DNA from: a virus
Length of the DNA stretch: 64,000 nt
Strand: one strand, 5' to 3'
IMG/VR virus record: IMGVR_UViG_3300044639_001144
Positions 58,901-64,000 of this stretch are shown here, piece after piece. The position numbers and the translations under genes are program-made. The notes beneath the pieces are model-generated. The model was not told the DNA's origin, ran no database searches, and saw only the letters and a list, made by a program, of their open reading frames with translations. Numbering within the stretch: the first letter of the stretch is position 1; every line of letters begins with the position of its first letter.

Positions 58901-59599
58901 GCCGTTGGTCCCCTTGCTGGAACAACCGAACAAGGCGCCCTCGCAGTGGCCGTTGGGACCGGTGCTGGCGAAACCTCACAAGGCACCCAAGCAGTGGCCA
59001 TTGGTTATAATGCTGGTCGCACTTCACAAGGCAACAACTCAATCATATTAAATGCTACTGGAGCTAACTTAAATCAAACCACAGCCAACACATTCACAGT
59101 GGCACCGGTCCGCAATGATGTGGCCAACATTGGAGAAGTGGTATTCTACAACACTGCCAGCAAGGAAATCACTTATGGCAATACCATAAATGTTACAGGT
59201 AACGTAACTGGTGGTAATATTTCTACCGGTGGTACATTAACTGCAACTGGTAAAATTGGTTATGCTTCAGGTTCAACTGTTACACAGCTTACCTCTAGAG
59301 GAACCGGTGTAATTATCAATACACTAGCAGGAACTATTATAACAACTAGTGCCGCTATGGTGGCAACCGAAATTGATACATTCTCTGTTACAAATAGTTC
59401 AGTGGATCCTAATAGTGATATTGTACTAGCGCAAATAGTTAGTCCTAACCAAGGAACATATAATTGTATCGCAAATCCTGCTACTATCGGTGGATTCAAC
59501 CCTGGATTCTTTTTAAACATTGTAAACATCAGTGGTTTTACAACTAGTGATGAAACAATTACTATAAGATTTATGATTATCAAAGCTCCCAACGCATAA
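55991..59599 (+). CDS. Tail fibre/adhesin with YadA-head-like repeats (1202 aa)
   Basis: GN-rich stalk, YGNSNVAAYL modules, about nine 16-aa AVAIG..AG.TTQG repeats; ATAAATA at 55959-55965 and AAGGAG SD. Confidence 0.82.
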   Translation: MADGNFDNVSATGNILADGYISAAGNVTAEGLLFNSPTTANISVGNIGVYDNLNMSGTLSTSGNVTAARITGNLVTGNQPNITNVGTLSSLTVSGNATSGNVLTSGVISSTGNARHGNVTAGIVSANTVLANAITFNSPTTANIDVGNLALYSNLNMTGAISTSGNITGARFIGNLFTANQPNITNVGTLTSLTVSGNATAGNVLTAGVVSSTGNATHGNVAAGIVSANAVLTNTITFNSPTTANISVGNLALYSNLNMTGSVSAAGNIRGNYFLGNGYYLTGISGVASTYGNSNVAAYLPTYTGNLTANVISTTGNITGSYIFGNGSQLTGITTSYGNANTAGFLANFGSNTISTTGSISAGDVTLNNLYSPNYFANAVAFANATGYITTSSLFKYNSGTEVLTVGAVSATGNITANYFVGNGSQLTDLPAGYSNADVSTYLANSNVVISTTGNITANYFVGNGSQLTDLPAGYSNADVSTYLANSNVVISTTGNITGSYILGNGSQLTGLPSGSGNTGNVTFDDVNIIGTGNLNLQPNGASNEYLNIYLTGNADIHVAAGGGVGNVILGTDEQANVAVLQDGNVAIQAGNVSGTKTWNFDITGNLTLPLNSVVYETNIPDGGLSGSAIALKPTGGTNADQQLLIYPTTNDANHLHLTSGNLYSTELFFGSDNLYVKLANTGNVVINSNDGIGNSAQWTFDTTGNLTLPGNTFAVNYANGTQVSISGGNASTGNVTFDNNIVVGTGDEFGGSGLYLAPGANSSGNLQYIRVRGGDVVTHIHLDTGNNAYFDQYFGDDGKYVKLANTGNIEIRSDDATGNAAQWTFDTTGNLTLPGNTFAVNYANGTQVSIGGGGNTDWANIGNINNVNGPTKIAVGANAGLTTQGAYSVAVGESAGSNNQGYGGVAVGNYAGSNTQGDYAVAIGADAGQTTQGAGAVAIGKDAGTTTQGEYAVAIGQDAGTTTQGEYAVAVGPLAGTTEQGALAVAVGTGAGETSQGTQAVAIGYNAGRTSQGNNSIILNATGANLNQTTANTFTVAPVRNDVANIGEVVFYNTASKEITYGNTINVTGNVTGGNISTGGTLTATGKIGYASGSTVTQLTSRGTGVIINTLAGTIITTSAAMVATEIDTFSVTNSSVDPNSDIVLAQIVSPNQGTYNCIANPATIGGFNPGFFLNIVNISGFTTSDETITIRFMIIKAPNA
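57230..57480. repeat. Perfect 123-nt tandem duplication (41 aa)
   Basis: aatatcactgctaattatttcgttgg...caacaactggt occurs at 57230 and 57353. Confidence 0.95.
58079..58543. repeat. About 90-nt near-identical direct repeat, 375 nt apart
   Basis: gctcaatggacatttgataccactggc...caagtatcaatc at 58079 and 58454, one mismatch. Confidence 0.9.
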
Positions 59600-59672
59600 T
59601 TGATCATATATAGATAAAAGGATAACAACTGGGAATAGTAATAAAAAGTAACAGTTAGTATTGTAGTAAATT

Positions 59673-59704
59673 AAAAAGCACCGTTTGGTGCTTGATTGTG
59701 TTGA
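59673..59704 (-). terminator. Intrinsic terminator between convergent genes
   Basis: AAGCACC-AAAC-GGTGCTT followed by TTT on the minus strand. Confidence 0.75.
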
Positions 59705-59708
59705 TTTA

Positions 59709-60368
59709 TTATTCAGATAGAGGTGTAGCTAGTATATTATTATTTTCTGTAGTAGTGTTAGTGTTTTGAATTTTTAACGGTTGGACCTGTGTTAGTTCAA
59801 CTTTCAGTGGATCGTTGCTGGATTTTAACAGGAAAGAGTCTTTGGGAATCAATCCTAGACCTTTTAGCGCATTCCAAGTAACAGGATTACTCATGGCATT
59901 ACGAATTTTTGCTGGACTTGGATGACCAGTGGCTAATATTTCTGCGTAAATTTCTTTACCTATTACTGCAGTAAATTCATTGGCAGCATTTACCTCAAAC
60001 ATCTGCTCATCAGTATATCCAGGAATACGAGTAGGCTCGGCGATTTCGTAGTATTCGGCCAACAAATTCTGCAGTATTTCTATTTCTTGACGATTGAGTT
60101 CAAATGCATAACTGGGATCACCAAAACTTTCAGTTTCTTTAATGTTCGCTTCTAATTCTAATATTTCATATTCTGGAGTGTCGGGTTGAGATTTTAAGTA
60201 TTCAAGTTTTGCTTTTTGTGCTTTGAAACGAATAATAGAAACTTCTTCCAATTTAGAGGCTCTGATACGGCCTTCTAAGAATCCCTGTAGTGTTTTGATT
60301 TTTTCCCAAACAGTTTCGCCGATTACTTGATAGCGATAGTTAAATTCTGAATTTAATTTTGATGGCAT
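59709..60368 (-). CDS. Helical/coiled-coil hypothetical protein next to the propeller genes (219 aa)
   Basis: SKLNSEFNYRYQVIGET.WEKIKTL; Glu-rich heptads; own late promoter at 60387-60393. Confidence 0.75.
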   Translation of the reverse strand: MPSKLNSEFNYRYQVIGETVWEKIKTLQGFLEGRIRASKLEEVSIIRFKAQKAKLEYLKSQPDTPEYEILELEANIKETESFGDPSYAFELNRQEIEILQNLLAEYYEIAEPTRIPGYTDEQMFEVNAANEFTAVIGKEIYAEILATGHPSPAKIRNAMSNPVTWNALKGLGLIPKDSFLLKSSNDPLKVELTQVQPLKIQNTNTTTENNNILATPLSE

Positions 60369-60425
60369 AATATTCCTTAGATACAGTATTTATTATGCCA
60401 TCAATCGAGCCTTAAATTTTATTAA

Positions 60426-61376
60426 TTAACCGTATGAGGCTGCGGCGAGGCTGTCGCGAGCAGTGCCAACTCCGGTGGTATCAGTGGCAACAACACCGGT
60501 ATTGGATACCAAGTTAGTCATACTGACGGGGGCATATCCGGCAGAAACCAAACCATAACCAAATATGGCAGTATCTGTTCCATAACCGGCTGCGGCGAGG
60601 CCGATGCGAGCAGTGCCAACTCCGGTGGTATCAGTGGCAACAACACCTGTATCAGATACCAAGTTAGTCATACTGACAAAGGCAGATCCGTCATTACCAT
60701 ATCCAAATATTGCCTTGTCCCCTCCATAACCGGCTGCAGCAAGAAGGGCGCGAGCAGTGCCAACTCCGGTGGTATCAGTGGCAACAACACCTGTATTGGA
60801 TACCAAGTTAGTTACACTGAGGGAGGCAGATCCGTCATTACCATATCCAAATATGGCAGTATCTGTTCCATAACCTGCTGCAGCAAGACCGGAACGAGCA
60901 GTGCCAACTCCGGTGGTATCAGTGGCAACTACACCGGTATTGGATACCAAGTTAGTGACTGCTGTGCCGCTCGGGGCAATACTGCCATATCCAAATATTG
61001 CCTTGTCCCCTCCATAACCTGCTGCAGCAAGCCTGGAACGAGCAGTGCCAACTCCGGTGGTATCAGTGGCAACTACACCGGTATTGGATACCAAATTAGT
61101 TACACTGAGCAGGTTGATGTCGTCATCTCCATATCCAAATATTGCCTTGTCCCCTCCATAACCTGCTGCAGCAAGACCGAAGCGAGCAGTGCCAACTCCG
61201 GTGGTATCAGTGGCAATTACACCGGTATTGGATACCAAGTTAGTCATACTGACGGGGGCAAATCCGGCATCCAAACCATAACCAAATATTGCCTTTTTTC
61301 CAGTCCCAGGCGGAGGTGGTGACGGAGGTGCAGTTATTGTCATTCCGGTTAATACTACATTAGTGATTGTTCCCAT
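60426..61376 (-). CDS. Six-repeat Kelch-like beta-propeller protein A
   Basis: 6 x about 48-aa AIFGYG-[variable]-TNLVSNTGVVATDTTGVGTAR-xx-LAAAGYG; N-terminal short peptide plus polyproline. Confidence 0.8.
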   Translation of the reverse strand: MGTITNVVLTGMTITAPPSPPPPGTGKKAIFGYGLDAGFAPVSMTNLVSNTGVIATDTTGVGTARFGLAAAGYGGDKAIFGYGDDDINLLSVTNLVSNTGVVATDTTGVGTARSRLAAAGYGGDKAIFGYGSIAPSGTAVTNLVSNTGVVATDTTGVGTARSGLAAAGYGTDTAIFGYGNDGSASLSVTNLVSNTGVVATDTTGVGTARALLAAAGYGGDKAIFGYGNDGSAFVSMTNLVSDTGVVATDTTGVGTARIGLAAAGYGTDTAIFGYGLVSAGYAPVSMTNLVSNTGVVATDTTGVGTARDSLAAASYG

Positions 61377-62398
61377 TATAATTCCTGTTAGATTTTATTT
61401 AATTAACCGTATGATGAGGCAGCAAGATCGGAGCGAGCAGTGCCAACTCCAGTGGTATCAGTGGCAACGACACCAGTATTGGATATCAAGTTAGTTACAC
61501 TGACATCGACAGATGTGTCATTTCCATAACCAAATATTGCAGTATCTGTTCCGTATCCGGCTGCAGCAAGTTGGTAACGAGCAGTGCCAACTCCGGTGGT
61601 ATCAGTGGCAACAACACCTGTATTGGATACCAAGTTAGTCATACTATACACGGTTGGTGTCGCTGGTGGAGGACCCGGTGGCGGTAGCCCTCCATATCCA
61701 AATATTGCCTTGTCCCCTCCATAACCTGCTGCAGCAAGAGCGTAACGAGCAGTGCCAACTCCGGTGGTATCAGTGGCAACTACACCGGTATTGGATACCA
61801 AGTTAGTTACACTGACAGCAGCAGATCCGGTATATCCATATCCAAATATGGCAGTATCTGTTCCGTATCCAGCTGCGGCAACACCATTACGAGCAGTACC
61901 GACTCCGGTGGTATCAGTGGCAACTACACCGGTATTGGATACCAAGTTAGTCATACTGACAACGCTCGCGCCGGTAGTACCATAACCAAATATGGCAGTA
62001 TCTGTTCCATATCCGGCTGCAGCAAGACTGGCGCGAGCAGTGCCAACTCCGGTGGTATCAGTGGCAACTACACCGGTATCAGATACCAAGTTAGTGACTG
62101 CTGTGAATGCGAAAGATCCGTTAAATCCATATCCAAATATTGCCTTGTCCCCTCCATAACCTGCTGCGGCAGGACCGACACGAGCAGTGCCAACTCCGGT
62201 GGTATCAGTGGCAACTACACCGGTATCAGATACCAAGTTAGTGACTGCTGTAAAAGGAGATCCACCAGAGCCAAAACCAAATATTGCATTTTTTCCAGTC
62301 CCAGGCGGTGGTGGCGCTGGAGGTGCAGTTATTTCCAATCCTACTAGTGTTAAACCTGTAATTTCCATTATAATTCCTGTTAGATTTTATTTAATTAA
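61373..62398. repeat. 34-nt direct repeat marking a tandem gene-cassette duplication
   Basis: ccattataattcctgttagattttatttaattaa at 61373-61406 and 62365-62398 (stop codon, spacer, AGGA SD and ATG). Confidence 0.92.
61403..62368 (-). CDS. Six-repeat Kelch-like beta-propeller protein B
   Basis: Same framework as A with different loops. Confidence 0.8.
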   Translation of the reverse strand: MEITGLTLVGLEITAPPAPPPPGTGKNAIFGFGSGGSPFTAVTNLVSDTGVVATDTTGVGTARVGPAAAGYGGDKAIFGYGFNGSFAFTAVTNLVSDTGVVATDTTGVGTARASLAAAGYGTDTAIFGYGTTGASVVSMTNLVSNTGVVATDTTGVGTARNGVAAAGYGTDTAIFGYGYTGSAAVSVTNLVSNTGVVATDTTGVGTARYALAAAGYGGDKAIFGYGGLPPPGPPPATPTVYSMTNLVSNTGVVATDTTGVGTARYQLAAAGYGTDTAIFGYGNDTSVDVSVTNLISNTGVVATDTTGVGTARSDLAASSYG

Positions 62399-63570
62399 TT
62401 CAATGATACCCAAGTTGATCCATCATATCCATAGAAATTTGGCCCAGCAGTAACAAACACTATCATTCCAGCAGCAGGTGAAGCAATTGCAGCATCTCTT
62501 GCTGTTGTATTGGCATATACTGATGTTTGTATATATCCAACACCGGATGGTAAAACAATAGCATTTGCAGTTATAACATTTGCAGTTATAATATTAGCAT
62601 TGCTAATGTTACCACCAGTTCCTGATCCTAATGTTATTGTATTGGCAGTTATAACATCTACGTTACTAATGTTACCACCGGTTCCTGATCCAAGTATAAG
62701 AGTAGGTCCTAAAATATTGCCAGTACTGCTAATAATACCGACTGTTAATACATTACCGCCAGTTACATTACCAGTAACACTTATACTTGAACCTGTAATA
62801 ACTCCACCAACAACTGAGGCTGCGGTGGTTGTACCAGTGACACTTGTTGAAGAACCTGTAATAACTCCACCAACTACACTTGCTGCTGTGGTTGTACCTG
62901 TAACACTTGTTGAAGAACCTGTAATAACTCCACCAACAACTGAGGCCGCGGTGGTTGTACCAGTGACACTTGTACTTGATCCTGTAATAACTCCACCAAC
63001 TATTGAGTCTGCTGTGGTTGTACCTGTAACACTTGTTGAAGAACCTGTAATAACTCCACCAACTACACTTGCTGCTGTGGTTGTACCAGTAACACTTGTT
63101 GAAGAACCTGTAATAACTCCACCAACTACACTTGCACCTCTGATGGCACCGGTGGCACTGACAAGGCCAGTCGTGCGGATATTACTGGCTTGTACATTGC
63201 CAGTGGCACTTACTAGACCGCCAGTTAAGATATTAGATCCAGTGACGTTACCGCTTGAACTAATAACACCCGAATTTAACGAAGTTAATGTGCCAACTGA
63301 TGTAATATTTGATTGTGCGTTAGTTGTAACTGTGCCTGCTGTAGTTGCGTATGTGGCATTGGCTACTGCTCCTGTTACATTGGCACCGGTCAATGATGTT
63401 AACCTGCTACCATTACCAATAATATTACCACCGGTTATGTTACCGGTTGTGCTTAATAGAGTAGATACTGCTACTTGGTATGTAGTTCCACCATCAACAA
63501 TGGGTAACACATCGGAAGTGCTTCCCACAGCAGATAACACCGGTAATTGACTAATTTTTATGTCTGCCAT
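62395..63570 (-). CDS. Short fibre with 21-aa repeats (391 aa)
   Basis: N-terminal MADIKISQLP module; about six SVVGGVITGSSTSVTGTTTAA repeats (63 nt); C-terminal YANTTARDAAI..P.AGMIVF...GYDGSTW. Confidence 0.8.
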   Translation of the reverse strand: MADIKISQLPVLSAVGSTSDVLPIVDGGTTYQVAVSTLLSTTGNITGGNIIGNGSRLTSLTGANVTGAVANATYATTAGTVTTNAQSNITSVGTLTSLNSGVISSSGNVTGSNILTGGLVSATGNVQASNIRTTGLVSATGAIRGASVVGGVITGSSTSVTGTTTAASVVGGVITGSSTSVTGTTTADSIVGGVITGSSTSVTGTTTAASVVGGVITGSSTSVTGTTTAASVVGGVITGSSTSVTGTTTAASVVGGVITGSSISVTGNVTGGNVLTVGIISSTGNILGPTLILGSGTGGNISNVDVITANTITLGSGTGGNISNANIITANVITANAIVLPSGVGYIQTSVYANTTARDAAIASPAAGMIVFVTAGPNFYGYDGSTWVSLN

Positions 63571-63582
63571 TTTTATTCCCTT

Positions 63583-63735
63583 TTATGATTCTGTAATTAG
63601 ATTAAGCCCAGACTCAGTGAGTAATGGTTCTAATATTTCTGTAGAGATATTGGTGGCTGTGCTAGGAGGTGGTGAGGTGATTTCAATTATGATGCCGCCG
63701 CCAATTGTGATGCCGCTGCCTATGATTATTGCCAC
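63583..63735 (-). CDS. 50-aa adaptor peptide (below the ORF-track cutoff)
   Basis: AAGGA SD plus GTG start; MAIIIGSGITIGGGIIIEITSPPPSTATNISTEILEPLLTESGLNLITES*; CTAAATA box at 63792-63798. Confidence 0.7.
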   Translation of the reverse strand: MAIIIGSGITIGGGIIIEITSPPPSTATNISTEILEPLLTESGLNLITES

Positions 63736-63807
63736 GTTTTTATCCTTAATATTATTATAAAGAATAAAAATCAGTCTTTAAAATATAATAGTATTTAGTT
63801 ATGTTTC

Positions 63808-63914
63808 AATAATCAAGCACCTTACTGTGCTTGATTGTGTTGAATACCCGGTACCAGGATTGCCGACCAACAGCCGAACGAGTTATACTCCGAACGGTTA
63901 GGAGTTTGTTGCTT
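63808..63914 (-). ncRNA. Candidate late-expressed structured small RNA (about 105 nt)
   Basis: CTAAATA box at 63920-63926, no ATG-initiated ORF, three small stems, and a terminal 10-bp hairpin AATCAAGCAC/GTGCTTGATT. Confidence 0.4.
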
Positions 63915-63944
63915 TGTATTATTTAGTGGCAGATATTCTGGCGG

Positions 63945-64000
63945 CTACAATTTTTTACAGTTATCACCGTGCCAACGAGCGTACCCGTTCACTGCTACAT
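63945..64000 (-). CDS. 3' end of a putative homing endonuclease gene (partial)
   Basis: Frame reads ...VAVNGYARWHGDNCKKL*; RWHxDNCK is a typical C-terminal Zn-ribbon motif of phage HNH/GIY-YIG endonucleases. Confidence 0.5.
   Translation of the reverse strand, partial: VAVNGYARWHGDNCKKL

Noticed and set aside
54740-59710. Invertase-driven phase-variable segment
   Set aside because: No flanking inverted repeats and no recombinase gene were seen.
60426-62368. Conserved repeats separated by variable segments resembling a CRISPR array
   Set aside because: The period is about 144-168 nt and in frame, most of the inter-repeat sequence is also conserved, it lies inside ORFs, and no cas genes are present.
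63840-63915. tRNA, suggested by GTTCGG resembling a T-loop
   Set aside because: No cloverleaf, acceptor stem or CCA end could be built.
1-64000. Complete diversity-generating retroelement
   Set aside because: No reverse transcriptase motif or non-coding template repeat was seen in the window; kept only as a hypothesis for the propeller codon pattern.
1-64000. Stop-codon recoding as seen in some large phages
   Set aside because: Core genes (terL, sheath, tube, neck) are full length under code 11 and coding density is high.

Overview
This is 64 kb of an AT-rich, very large T4-like (myovirus) phage genome, covering the late morphogenesis region and mostly encoded on the minus strand. Bases 1-25 kb carry the large and small terminase subunits, candidate internal head proteins, head completion nuclease gp4, tail tube and sheath, and neck proteins gp13/gp14/gp15. 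A small sigma70-driven early island (exonuclease, GNAT, dNMP kinase) and two HNH-type genes sit among them. From about 25.4 to 63.7 kb lies a roughly 38 kb cluster of fibre/adhesin genes built from Gly/Asn/Thr/Ala-rich repeats and shared modules, with two putative glycosyltransferases. It ends in two beta-propeller-like paralogues that have a constant framework and hypervariable loops. The main leads are: (1) this propeller cassette, whose variable codons show an NNC/NNT pattern; (2) a plug-and-socket, branched fibre assembly logic; (3) a possible virion N-glycosylation system; (4) late promoters embedded in hairpins that mask start codons, plus many leaderless genes; (5) T4-like capsid-targeting sequences; and (6) candidate structured ncRNAs. 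No tRNA, rRNA, CRISPR array or reverse transcriptase was seen. All functional calls come from motif recognition by eye, without database searches.
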